Positions 46,387-55,562 of a stretch of DNA of 64,000 nt are shown here, one piece after another; position 1 is the first letter of the stretch, and each line of letters starts with the position of its first letter. Source of the DNA: an uncultured Acidobacteriota bacterium (GTDB taxonomy: Bacteria > Actinomycetota > Acidimicrobiia > Spongiisociales > ZC4RG35); contig CAWHEU010000013.1 of NCBI GenBank assembly GCA_963828465.1, positions 52,889 through 116,888 on the forward strand. The letters are read 5' to 3'. The notes below the pieces were generated by a model, which was given only the letters and a program-made list of their open reading frames with translations, was not told where the DNA came from and searched no databases. The translations under genes were made by a program, and so were the position numbers.

Positions 46387-47385
46387 CTAGCTCTCCGACT
46401 TCGGGTCTCGGGTCATCAGGCGCAGGACGGCGTCCCGGGGGTGCATCCCGTCGTACAAGACCATGCCGACATGGGCTGCGATGGGCATATCGATCCCGTG
46501 CTTGGCGGCAAGATCGAGGACCGCACGAGTGGTCTTGATCCCCTCGGCCACCATTTGCATCTCTTCGACGATCGCCTCGAGTGTCTCCCCTCGGGCCAGC
46601 CCGAATCCAACGCGGTGGTTCCTGCTGTTGGTCGAGATGCAGGTCGCGATGAGGTCCCCCATCCCGGCCAGCCCGGCGAAGGTCGATGGGCGGCCCCCCA
46701 GTGCGGTTCCCAAACGCGTGACCTCGGCAAGAGCGCGGGTGATGAGGGTGGCCCGCGTGTTGTCGCCGAAGCCGAGGCCGTCGGACATGCCGGCTGCGAT
46801 CGCCATCACGTTCTTGAGGGCGCCCCCCAGTTCGCATCCGGGCACATCGTCATTGGTGTAGACGCGGAAGGTCGGTCCCATGAACACCTTCTGGAGAGAG
46901 ACGGCTGCATCCGGGTCCTGAAATGCGATGACGGCTGCAGTTGGCTGGCCGGCGGCGATCTCCGAGGCCAGGTTGGGACCTGTCATCACGCCGATCCGAC
47001 CCTGGTCGTGGGTTGGAGAGACATCTGAGATCACCTGGGTCATGGTGGCCAGTGTCTCTTGTTCGATTCCCTTCGTCAGGGAGAGGATCGGGACGGAGGC
47101 ATCGATATGAGGGGCGGCTTCAGAGAAAACACCACGGAAGCCGTGTGACGGGACAGCCATCACAACGGCGCCGGCGCCGTTGACTGCTTCGGCGAGATCG
47201 GGCGTGGCGATGAGGCCATCGGGGAGGGGATGGTCGGGCAGATATCGCGGGTTCCGATGGTCCTGGTTGACTCCATCGGCCACCTCACGGTGGCGCGCCC
47301 AGAGCAAGGTGGGCGTGCCCGTGGCGGCGAGGGCTGCGGCGGTCGTGCCCCACGATCCGGCGCCAATCACTGCGATCCTGTCCAT
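46387..47385 (-). CDS. gpsA: NAD(P)H-dependent glycerol-3-phosphate dehydrogenase
   Basis: GAGSWGT, TKGIE, GPNLA.E, GGALKNV.AIAAG, GLAGMGDL, SRN, AEG. Confidence 0.96.
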   Translation of the reverse strand: MDRIAVIGAGSWGTTAAALAATGTPTLLWARHREVADGVNQDHRNPRYLPDHPLPDGLIATPDLAEAVNGAGAVVMAVPSHGFRGVFSEAAPHIDASVPILSLTKGIEQETLATMTQVISDVSPTHDQGRIGVMTGPNLASEIAAGQPTAAVIAFQDPDAAVSLQKVFMGPTFRVYTNDDVPGCELGGALKNVMAIAAGMSDGLGFGDNTRATLITRALAEVTRLGTALGGRPSTFAGLAGMGDLIATCISTNSRNHRVGFGLARGETLEAIVEEMQMVAEGIKTTRAVLDLAAKHGIDMPIAAHVGMVLYDGMHPRDAVLRLMTRDPKSES

Positions 47386-47437
47386 CGGAGGCGACGCTAG
47401 TGGGCATGCCCGGGCCGCTCCCTAACCTGCGATCTCG

Positions 47438-48520
47438 GTGGCGCTCTCCATTGGCATCGTCGGTCTCCCCAACGTCGGCAAGTCGACTCTCTTCAACGCG
47501 CTCACAAATGCCGGCGTTCTCGCCGCCAACTATCCCTTCGCCACGATCGAGCCCAACACGGGGGTCGTTCCGATACCCGACCCGCGGCTCGAGGTCCTGG
47601 CCGGCATGTTCGACTCGGAGAAGGTCATCCCGGCCACGGTCACGTTCGTGGACATCGCCGGGCTGGTGAAGGGCGCCAGCGAAGGGGAAGGCCTCGGCAA
47701 CCAGTTCCTCGCCAACATCCGCGATGCGAACGCGATTTGCCATGTGGTCCGGGGCTTCAGCTCGCAGAGCGTTGCCCACGTCGACAACGAGCTCGACCCG
47801 AAGAGGGACATCGAGACGATCGAGACCGAGCTCGCGATCGCCGACCTCCAGACGATCGACAAGCGGCTGCCCCGCCTCGAGAAGGAATCGACCATCGATC
47901 GGACGCTCGTGCCGCGGGTCGAGCTGCTGAGAGACCTGCGGGCGGTGGTGGCGTCGGGGCGTGTCGTGAGCAGCGTCCCGTCGATGATGGCCCGGAGCCG
48001 TGAGTTCGCCGATCTTCATCTGCTGACGGCAAAGCCGGTGATCTATTTGTTCAATGTGGACGAGGCCGGTCTGCGCGACGCTGATCTCCGCAGCCGTTTG
48101 TCCGATCTGGTGGCCCCATCTGAGTCGCTGTTCGTCGATGCCCAGATCGAGGCCGAGATGGGCGAGCTCGACGAGGGAGATCGACGGGAGCTCCTCGTCT
48201 CGGTGGGACAGGACGAGCCCGGCCTCAATGCCGTGATCCGGGCCGCCTATCGCACCCTGGGCTTGCAGAGCTTTCTCACCGCCGGCGAGAAGGAAGCCCG
48301 TGCCTGGACGATCCGGTCCGGGGCGACCGCCCCTGAGGCAGCCGGCGCCATCCACACCGACTTCCAGCGGGGGTTCATCGCCGCCGAGGTCGTGGCTTAC
48401 CAGCCTCTGCTCGAGGCGGGTTCATGGGTGGCGGCCAAGGCCAAGGGTCTGGTCAGGACCGAGGGCAAGTCCTACGTGATGCGACCCGACGACGTGGTGG
48501 AGTTCCGCTTCAACGTGTGA
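47438..48520 (+). CDS. ychF: Redox-regulated ATPase YchF
   Basis: GIVGLPNVGKSTLFNALT, ANYPFATIEPN, DIAGLVKGASEGEGLGNQFL, IHTDFQRGFI, FRFNV. Confidence 0.97.
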   Translation: MALSIGIVGLPNVGKSTLFNALTNAGVLAANYPFATIEPNTGVVPIPDPRLEVLAGMFDSEKVIPATVTFVDIAGLVKGASEGEGLGNQFLANIRDANAICHVVRGFSSQSVAHVDNELDPKRDIETIETELAIADLQTIDKRLPRLEKESTIDRTLVPRVELLRDLRAVVASGRVVSSVPSMMARSREFADLHLLTAKPVIYLFNVDEAGLRDADLRSRLSDLVAPSESLFVDAQIEAEMGELDEGDRRELLVSVGQDEPGLNAVIRAAYRTLGLQSFLTAGEKEARAWTIRSGATAPEAAGAIHTDFQRGFIAAEVVAYQPLLEAGSWVAAKAKGLVRTEGKSYVMRPDDVVEFRFNV

Positions 48521-48523
48521 CTC

Positions 48524-48570
48524 ATTTCTCCCCCCGAAGGGGGGAGTACCGGCGTAGCCGGGGAGGGGGG
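48524..48570 (-). repeat. Double-hairpin REP-like repeat (R3), left of DUF559 gene
   Basis: Reverse complement CCCCCCTCC-CCGGC(tac)GCCGG-TACTCCCCCC(ttc)GGGGGGAG-AAAT. Confidence 0.88.
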
Positions 48571-48603
48571 ATTCCGTCCCAACTGGTTGTCATGATCTCT
48601 CGG

Positions 48604-49311
48604 ATGGCTCGACCCCTCCATACGCCAATAGCGGGTACTCGCGCCAAGACACTGCGCCGAAACCTGACCGTGTCTGAGGCGAGGGTCTGGAGCGGCTTGA
48701 AGAACAAGGCAGCCGGTGCCCGGTTCCGCCGTCAGGTCCCGTGTGGATATTGGATTGCCGACTCCTGTTCCTTCCACCCGAAGTTGGTCGTCGAGATCGA
48801 CGACACGTCACATGAGTTTCGAGATGAAAGTGTGAGAACCGACTACTTCGAGTCACTCGGATTCCCGGTGCTCCGCTTCACCAACAGACAGGTCGCTCAG
48901 GAGTACCCCGAGGTGATGGGCACCATTTCAGCATGGGTCGCGCATCTCAAGTCCACAGGCAAACCACCTGAGTCACCCTCCGGCCCTGTTTCTCCCCTCG
49001 TAGGGGGAGTACGGGGAGGGGGGAACCTCTTTGCTGCCTCACCCAAATCCCCCTCCGTCGCCCATGGGCGACACCTCCCCCTACGGGGGAGGAAATGTCG
49101 GTTCGCTCCTGGGGGAGGAAACGTCGCCGGCCAATTAGACTGGCGTGGCCATCGACACCGAATGGGAGAGCCCCTGGTTGGCAGGGGCGCCGAAGGGGCA
49201 ATTCCTCCCCAGAATCTCTCAGGCAATGTGGACCATTCGGCCGAGGCAACGCTGGAGTCGTCTGGAAACTGTCTGGAAATGACGACAGCGGGGGAGGGCA
49301 TTGCACCCTGA
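48604..49311 (+). CDS. DUF559/Vsr-like endonuclease; domain ends near 48972 but the frame stays open to 49311 (possible lost stop or pseudogene)
   Basis: [34 protein letters not shown]...H, RT.YFESLGF.VLRFTN. Confidence 0.8.
   Translation: MARPLHTPIAGTRAKTLRRNLTVSEARVWSGLKNKAAGARFRRQVPCGYWIADSCSFHPKLVVEIDDTSHEFRDESVRTDYFESLGFPVLRFTNRQVAQEYPEVMGTISAWVAHLKSTGKPPESPSGPVSPLVGGVRGGGNLFAASPKSPSVAHGRHLPLRGRKCRFAPGGGNVAGQLDWRGHRHRMGEPLVGRGAEGAIPPQNLSGNVDHSAEATLESSGNCLEMTTAGEGIAP
48989..49023 (-). repeat. REP-like repeat (R4) lacking the first hairpin
   Basis: Reverse complement CCCCCCTCCCC-GTACTCCCCC(tac)GAGGGGAG-AAA. Confidence 0.8.
49046..49095 (+). repeat. Double-hairpin REP-like repeat (R5), inverted relative to R4
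   Basis: AAT-CCCCCTCC-GTCGCC(catg)GGCGAC-A-CCTCCCCC(tac)GGGGGAGG-AAA. Confidence 0.9.
49158..49240 (+). ncRNA. Glycine riboswitch (single aptamer)
   Basis: P1 CCGAATGG/CCATTCGG; GGAGAG...CGCCGAAGGGGCA...AATCTCTCAGGCAA...GGAC; directly upstream of gcvP. Confidence 0.9.
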
Positions 49312-49319
49312 GGAGAGAG

Positions 49320-52145
49320 ATGCCCAACCCCAACGAGCGGTTCGCCGACAGGCACATCGGTCCCCGGCCAGACGACATGGACAAGATGCTGGCGACGATC
49401 GGCGCGGCCAGTCTCGACGACCTCGTGGCCGAGACAATCCCTGCCTCGATACTCGATACAGACCTCGACCTGCCGCCGGCCCTGTCCGAGGGGCAGACGA
49501 TCGAGAGGTTGTCGGAGCTCGCATCCAAGAACGTGGTCATGACCTCGTTGATCGGCTTGGGCTATCACGACACCATCACCCCACCGGTGATCCAACGAAA
49601 CGTGTTGGAGAGCCCGGCGTGGTACACGGCATACACCCCGTATCAACCCGAGATCTCCCAGGGTCGGCTCGAGGCCCTCCTCAATTTTCAAACGATGGTC
49701 TCCGATCTCACCGGTCTGGACGTGGCCAACGCTTCGCTGCTCGACGAAGCGACTGCCGCTGCCGAGGCCATGGCCATGTGCCGCCGTCTCGCCAAGAGCG
49801 ATCGGTCGGTGTTCTACGTCGATGACGATTGCCATCTCCCGACAATCGAGGTGGTGAAGACCAGGGCAGCGGCGGCCGGGATCGAGATCCGGATGCTCTC
49901 CGAGGGCTTCGAGGCCGATTCGGCGTTTGGCCTCCTACTTCAGTATCCGGGATCATCGGGTGACATCAGGGACCACCGCGCCCTGGTCGACGAAGCCCGC
50001 GGTGCCGGAGCGCTGGTGGCCGTGGCCGCAGATCTGCTCGCCCTCACATTGATCACTCCACCGGGGGAGTGGGGTGCTGACATCGCGGTGGGCTCGGCTC
50101 AGCGATTCGGGGTGCCCTTGGGATACGGCGGGCCCCATCCCGGGTTCATCGCTACCAAAGACGAGCACGTCCGGGGCCTCCCGGGCCGCCTCGTCGGCGT
50201 GTCCCATGACACGTCGGGTCGGGTCGCCTATCGGCTTGCCCTCCAGACACGGGAGCAGCACATACGGCGGGAGAAGGCCACCTCCAATGTGTGCACCGCG
50301 CAGGTCCTCCTCGCGGTGATAGCCGGCTTCTACGGCTGCTGGCACGGGCCGCTCGGTCTGAAGGAGATCGCAAAGGAGGTGCACCGGCTGACCTCATTGA
50401 CTGCCGCATCTCTTCGATCCGCTGGATATGAGGTGGTCAATGGGTCGTGGTTCGACACCATCACCGTCGCCACTCCGGGTAGAGCCGAGGAGTTGATAGA
50501 CGAGTCCCTGAAGGGCGGGATCAATCTCGGGCACGTGGACGAGGACCACGTGCGGATCGCCTTCGACGAGACGACGACCGAACAGATCGTCGAGCGGCTA
50601 CTCGACGCTTTTGGCGCGAGTGGGGCCGGCGTCACCGACGACGACTCGATTCCGGTCGATCTGGTCAGGCAATCGGAGTTCATGACCCACCCCGTGTTCA
50701 GCCTTCACCGGTCGGAGCACTCGATGCTCCGCTACTTGCGACGCCTCGCCGACCGCGATCTCGCCCTCGACCGAAGCATGATCCCGCTGGGTTCATGCAC
50801 CATGAAGCTCAACGCAACGACGGAGATGATCCCGATCACCTGGCCAGAGTTCTCGGCGATCCACCCCTATGCGCCGGAGGAGCAGGTGGCGGGATATCTG
50901 GAGTTGATCGATGACCTCGCCGGCTACCTCTGTCGGATCACCGGCTACGACGCCGTGTCGCTGCAGCCCAACGCCGGCTCGCAGGGCGAGCTCGCCGGCC
51001 TGCTCGCCATCAGGGCCTATCAGGGCTCGATTGGCGAAGGGCATCGGGATATCTGTCTGATCCCGTCGTCGGCGCACGGAACCAACGCCGCCTCGGCGGT
51101 GATGGCGGGCATGAAGGTCGTGGTGGTCGCCACCGATGGTTCGGGGAACGTCGACCTGGCCGACCTGGAAGCCAAGGCGTCGGAGCATTCGGAGCGTCTG
51201 GCGGCGGCGATGATCACCTATCCCTCGACCCATGGTGTGTTCGAGGAAGGGGTGCGGCGGCTGATCGAGATCGTGCACCAACACGGTGGCCAGGTCTATG
51301 TCGATGGGGCGAATCTGAATGCGATGGTGGGATTGTCCAAGCCGGCCGGCTTCGGGGCCGACGTCGGACATCTGAATCTCCACAAGACCTTCACCATCCC
51401 TCATGGGGGTGGTGGGCCGGGTGTTGGCCCGGTCGGAGTGAAGGCACATCTTGCCCCGTTCCTACCCAACCACCCGATGAGCCGGCGGGCAGGCCCGTCG
51501 ACCGGAGTGGGGCCGATCTCGGGAGCGCCCTTCGGGTCGGCCGGGATCCTCCCCATCCCGTATGCCTATGTCCGCCTGATGGGGGCGGACGGTCTGCGGG
51601 CGGCGAGCAAGGTGGCGATCCTCTCGGCCAATTACCTGGCTCGACGCCTCGATCCCTATTTCCCGGTGCTGTACACCGGGACGAGCGGTCGAGTTGCTCA
51701 TGAGTGCATCGTCGATGTGAGACCCATGACGCGGGCTGCAGGGGTGACGGCGGAGGACATCGCCAAGCGTCTCGCCGACTACGGGTTTCATGCGCCCACG
51801 CTTTCTTTCCCGGTGCCCGGCACATTGATGATCGAGCCCACCGAGTCCGAGAGCCTCGAGGAGCTGGATCGATTCGTGGAGGCCATGATCGCCATTCACG
51901 GCGAAATCGGGCGTGTCGAGTCCGGGGAGTGGAGCCGAGGGGACAACCCTCTCCACAACGCCCCTCACTCCGCTGAGCAGGTGGCATCGGACGAATGGGA
52001 CCACGTTTACTCGAGGGAGACCGCGGCCTTCCCCGTGGCATCGCTCCGGGTCGACAAATACTGGCCACCCGTCGGCCGTGTCGATGGTCCCGGTGGCGAC
52101 CGCAATCTCGTCTGCGCATGCCCACCGCTCGACGCCTACGCTTGA
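49320..52145 (+). CDS. gcvP: Glycine dehydrogenase (decarboxylating), P protein
   Basis: [63 protein letters not shown]; SD GAGGAG. Confidence 0.97.
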   Translation: MPNPNERFADRHIGPRPDDMDKMLATIGAASLDDLVAETIPASILDTDLDLPPALSEGQTIERLSELASKNVVMTSLIGLGYHDTITPPVIQRNVLESPAWYTAYTPYQPEISQGRLEALLNFQTMVSDLTGLDVANASLLDEATAAAEAMAMCRRLAKSDRSVFYVDDDCHLPTIEVVKTRAAAAGIEIRMLSEGFEADSAFGLLLQYPGSSGDIRDHRALVDEARGAGALVAVAADLLALTLITPPGEWGADIAVGSAQRFGVPLGYGGPHPGFIATKDEHVRGLPGRLVGVSHDTSGRVAYRLALQTREQHIRREKATSNVCTAQVLLAVIAGFYGCWHGPLGLKEIAKEVHRLTSLTAASLRSAGYEVVNGSWFDTITVATPGRAEELIDESLKGGINLGHVDEDHVRIAFDETTTEQIVERLLDAFGASGAGVTDDDSIPVDLVRQSEFMTHPVFSLHRSEHSMLRYLRRLADRDLALDRSMIPLGSCTMKLNATTEMIPITWPEFSAIHPYAPEEQVAGYLELIDDLAGYLCRITGYDAVSLQPNAGSQGELAGLLAIRAYQGSIGEGHRDICLIPSSAHGTNAASAVMAGMKVVVVATDGSGNVDLADLEAKASEHSERLAAAMITYPSTHGVFEEGVRRLIEIVHQHGGQVYVDGANLNAMVGLSKPAGFGADVGHLNLHKTFTIPHGGGGPGVGPVGVKAHLAPFLPNHPMSRRAGPSTGVGPISGAPFGSAGILPIPYAYVRLMGADGLRAASKVAILSANYLARRLDPYFPVLYTGTSGRVAHECIVDVRPMTRAAGVTAEDIAKRLADYGFHAPTLSFPVPGTLMIEPTESESLEELDRFVEAMIAIHGEIGRVESGEWSRGDNPLHNAPHSAEQVASDEWDHVYSRETAAFPVASLRVDKYWPPVGRVDGPGGDRNLVCACPPLDAYA

Positions 52146-52228
52146 TTCTTGGCTTGACATTCACCCGGGGGGTGGGATCTTGATGCACTGCACAGGGCGG
52201 GTAGGGACGCAGAGGTGACGGTGTCAGG

Positions 52229-53647
52229 GTGAAATTCACCGGTCAGGTGAGGGTTCCGGAAGTCGACCATCCGGGAGTCCCAGCAACGATCGTGGTCGAA
52301 GAGGGCCAGACCGAAGTATTTCTCGAAGGAGAATCGCTCGGCCGTTGGTCTCTTTTCGATGTGCGTGCCGCGCGTCTGGTCTCGAGCGCCTTCTCCCTTT
52401 CCCTCGATGGCGAGGAGATCACATTCATCGCCGATGAGCCCGTCGACTTCGCATACAAGGGCGTCGATCACATGGCTGGGGTCTGGGCTCGCTACAAGTC
52501 GATGACGATCCCCCGGCGTGTCGTTGCAGTTGGCCGTTCCCGGCGCGGCACGATTCCCTCGCGTATCCCCGAACTCCGCGAGGCGATGCTGCTAAACCTC
52601 CAGACGGCCGGTCGTAGTGCCTCGCGATTGGCCCCGATGGAGGCGACGACGACGGCTCTCGCTGAGCCTTCACTGTGGACCAAGCGGATCGATGCCTATT
52701 CCAATGTGCCCCAGCCCATCGACACCGAGTTGGTCGACACCGAGTTGGTCGACACCGAGTTGGTGGACACCGAGCCGATGGACAGCGGGTTGGTCGATAC
52801 CGAGCCTGTCGAGGTCGAACCGGTCGCAGAGCCCGATGACGGGGCCTTGGACCCCGAGAGTGTCCCGAGCGCAGAGCAGCCCACCGAAATTCTGTTGGTC
52901 GAGACCCTCGATGAGTCGGCGTTCGCCCCTGAGCTCGAGCCCGTTTCCGACCAGATTGCGGTCGAGGACGCGGAGCCCGGGATCCGTGCGCCACTGCGGC
53001 CAGGCCCGGGTTTGATACCCAGGCGAGTCGAGCGACACCGCGCCGAGGACGTCGCCGCCCCGTTTTGGGACGAGGCATGGGAGGAGCCGCCGTTTGAGGA
53101 AGAGCCGTACGACGACGTGCCCCCCGACGCCGACGCCTTCCTCGCTCTCGAGCACGTGGCGGCAGAGGTCACAGAAGAGGTCGTAGAAGAGGCCACAGAA
53201 GAGTCCGACGGCCCGGATGTCGAAGCGATGGAGTTGATAACCGACGAAGACCATCCGATCTTCGCCGACGAGGCTCCTCCGGCGCCCGCTCCGGCTATCC
53301 CCGTTGGGAAGGAAGAGACGGCGGTCGAGGAATCCGCTCCGGCCGCGGTGGAGGAATTGTGGGCGGTTCCTGCTTCCGGGGGAGCGTTGAAGCACCAAGT
53401 GCTGGTCGACCTCGATCATCTCCATGTCGACGAGACCGCATCGCTCGAGCCAGACCTGGAGCTGCTGTTTGCCGGCGCCCCCGCACCGGAAGGTGAGAAG
53501 AGCGGGTTGTTCGGCGCGGTCCGATCCGCCTTCGCCCGCAACAAGACCTCACATGAACACGAGTTCGTCGAAGCCCCTGGTGGGATCGGCATCGTCCGGC
53601 AGATCTGTGCCGAATGCGGCTACATCTCGATCGGAGTCGCAGACTGA
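52229..53647 (+). CDS. Hypothetical protein: folded N-domain, long acidic linker, C-terminal HxH...CxxC
   Basis: 472 aa; Glu/Asp/Pro-rich middle; HEHEF...ICAECG. Confidence 0.75.
   Translation: MKFTGQVRVPEVDHPGVPATIVVEEGQTEVFLEGESLGRWSLFDVRAARLVSSAFSLSLDGEEITFIADEPVDFAYKGVDHMAGVWARYKSMTIPRRVVAVGRSRRGTIPSRIPELREAMLLNLQTAGRSASRLAPMEATTTALAEPSLWTKRIDAYSNVPQPIDTELVDTELVDTELVDTEPMDSGLVDTEPVEVEPVAEPDDGALDPESVPSAEQPTEILLVETLDESAFAPELEPVSDQIAVEDAEPGIRAPLRPGPGLIPRRVERHRAEDVAAPFWDEAWEEPPFEEEPYDDVPPDADAFLALEHVAAEVTEEVVEEATEESDGPDVEAMELITDEDHPIFADEAPPAPAPAIPVGKEETAVEESAPAAVEELWAVPASGGALKHQVLVDLDHLHVDETASLEPDLELLFAGAPAPEGEKSGLFGAVRSAFARNKTSHEHEFVEAPGGIGIVRQICAECGYISIGVAD
52721..52810 (+). repeat. In-frame 15-bp tandem repeat encoding (DTELV)n
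   Basis: GACACCGAGTTGGTC x3 near-perfect plus 3 degenerate units. Confidence 0.9.
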
Positions 53648-53662
53648 AGCCGACCGGTCCGG

Positions 53663-54118
53663 CTAACCAGCGCCTGTCTTAAGAACCATTACGACGACGG
53701 CGACGATCAACAGGACGATCGTCACCGCTCCCCAGATCGCCGCCCGTTTTCCGTCCCGGGCAGCGGCGGCCCGGTCTCCCGATTCGAGGGCCGTGATGAT
53801 CCGCTCTCCGCCCGGGCGGTGAACCAAGACACCTATCAGCCCGGCTGCGATCACGACCGCGATGCCGATCGAGACGAACGTGTCGCTCCAGTCATACGCC
53901 TCGCTCACCATGACCAGTCCTATCCCACTCAGGGCAGTGAGCAGACCCGCCGGGTTGAAGTAGCGGGTCGCGGCCTGTGCCGCTACTCGGGCCCAGGCGA
54001 GGGCGGCACCTTCGACGCCGCTTCGGCTGATTCGTGGAGCGACAAAGCCATTGAGGAGGCCACCGCCGATCCATGCCGCGGCGGCCAGGATGTGAATGAT
54101 GAGTAGCAGTTCGCTCAT
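53663..54118 (-). CDS. DUF2269-like 4-TM membrane protein
   Basis: IHILAAAAWIGG, LSGIGL, VVVMVLK. Confidence 0.75.
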   Translation of the reverse strand: MSELLLIIHILAAAAWIGGGLLNGFVAPRISRSGVEGAALAWARVAAQAATRYFNPAGLLTALSGIGLVMVSEAYDWSDTFVSIGIAVVIAAGLIGVLVHRPGGERIITALESGDRAAAARDGKRAAIWGAVTIVLLIVAVVVMVLKTGAG

Positions 54119-54175
54119 CTCAGAGGGTCAGCAACGTAGCACGAGCGAGGCACCCGCAAGGGGTACCCTCGCCAG

Positions 54176-55222
54176 GTGAATCCCACGGTCCGGCCTGTGA
54201 TCCTCTCTGGCGGATCCGGCACTCGTCTTTGGCCTCTATCGACCACGAACGCCCCCAAACAATTCCTCGAGCTTCTCGGTGAGCCTCTGTTCGAGGCGAC
54301 GCTGGGACGAGTGGACGAGCTGGGCCTGGGCACGACCGTCACGGTGGTGACCGGACGCGATCAGCTTCTTGCAGTGGAGAGATCGCTGGACAGCAAAGCG
54401 ATCGGCACGGCCACGATCCTGGCCGAGCCATCGGGGCGGAACACTGCGCCGGCGGTGGTGGCGGCCGCCCTGATCTCGGATCCCGACGATGTCCTCGTGG
54501 TTCTCCCTTCGGACCATGTCATCACCGACAGCCCCGCATTTGGCGACGCCGTGAGCAAGGCAGTCGCGCTGGCCGGCGACGGTGCCCTGGTCACGTTCGG
54601 TGTCGAACCGAGCCGACCCGAGACCGGATACGGCTATATCGAGAAGGGAGAGCCTGTGGGACCCGGCTTTCGGGTCGACAGGTTCAAGGAGAAACCCGAC
54701 GAGGAGGAGGCTGCCCGTCTCGCCGGCGACGGGCGGCACCTGTGGAACTCGGGAATGTTCGTCTTCGGCGCCGGTCAGATCCTCAGCGAGGCCAGGCGGC
54801 AGGTCCCCGAGATCCTGACGGGAGTCGTTGCGGCTCTCCCTGCCGAACGGGCCGGGACGATCACTCTCGGAGAGACCTTCTCAGAAATACCGGCGACCTC
54901 GATCGACCACGCCGTCATGGAGAATGCGGAGAACTCGGTAGTCGTCCCTCTCGACGCAGGGTGGAGCGACGTGGGTTCGTGGCATTCGGTCTGGGAGCTG
55001 AGCGAGCGCGATGTGAACGGCAATTACATCAACGGCGATGTGGTGGCTGTCGACGTGGCCGATACCTATGTCCGATCGGAGTCGAGGACGGTCGCTGTCG
55101 CCGGAGTAACCGGGCTGGTGGTGGTGGTGACGCCGGACGTCGTCCTCATCGTTCCCAAGGAGAAGTCCCAGATGGTGCGTGACCTCGCCGCCGGGTGGGC
55201 GGCGAGTCGGCGGGCCGATTGA
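54176..55222 (+). CDS. manC: Mannose-1-phosphate guanylyltransferase
   Basis: VILSGGSGTRLWPLS..PKQF, EP.GRNTAPA, LPSDH, TGYGYI, WNSGMF, SIDHAVME, WSDVGSW; no PMI domain. Confidence 0.93.
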   Translation: MNPTVRPVILSGGSGTRLWPLSTTNAPKQFLELLGEPLFEATLGRVDELGLGTTVTVVTGRDQLLAVERSLDSKAIGTATILAEPSGRNTAPAVVAAALISDPDDVLVVLPSDHVITDSPAFGDAVSKAVALAGDGALVTFGVEPSRPETGYGYIEKGEPVGPGFRVDRFKEKPDEEEAARLAGDGRHLWNSGMFVFGAGQILSEARRQVPEILTGVVAALPAERAGTITLGETFSEIPATSIDHAVMENAENSVVVPLDAGWSDVGSWHSVWELSERDVNGNYINGDVVAVDVADTYVRSESRTVAVAGVTGLVVVVTPDVVLIVPKEKSQMVRDLAAGWAASRRAD

Positions 55223-55256
55223 AGCCCTGGCCCGCCGATCCATACCATCGCACTCG

Positions 55257-55562
55257 ATGAAGCGTGTGGCGATGGTGGCCCTGTTGAGTGTGCTCGTCTC
55301 CTCGTGCGTGGGCCGCCCCGAGGCCGACGCCACCGGGGAGGACATCTACCTCCAGCTCTGCTCCAACTGCCATGGCGACCAGCTCGAAGGTGGAGTCGGC
55401 CCACCCCTGGGCCCCGGAACGAACGCCGCCGAACAGCCGGACGAGTATCTCCGGGTGACCATCGTCGAGGGACGGGGGAGGATGCCGTCTTTCTCCTCAT
55501 CCCTCACCGACGATCAGGTGGGACGCCTGATCGACTACCTGCGGGATGCCCAGGCCGGATGA
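55257..55562 (+). CDS. Monoheme cytochrome c lipoprotein
   Basis: Lipobox VSSC, CSNCHG, GPPL, GRGRMP. Confidence 0.9.
   Translation: MKRVAMVALLSVLVSSCVGRPEADATGEDIYLQLCSNCHGDQLEGGVGPPLGPGTNAAEQPDEYLRVTIVEGRGRMPSFSSSLTDDQVGRLIDYLRDAQAG

Noticed and set aside
48524-49095. Classical IS or MITE, or a CRISPR array
   Set aside because: No transposase motifs, no clear target-site duplication and no regular repeat-spacer period.
49095-49319. 75-aa N-terminal extension of GcvP in the ORF track
   Set aside because: It overlaps the riboswitch; GcvP homology and the SD point to ATG 49320.
52154-52182. TTGACA promoter upstream of 52229
   Set aside because: The -35 is perfect, but there is no convincing -10 at 16-18 bp.
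52721-52810. Tandem repeat as a CRISPR array
   Set aside because: 15-bp units without spacers, in frame within a CDS.
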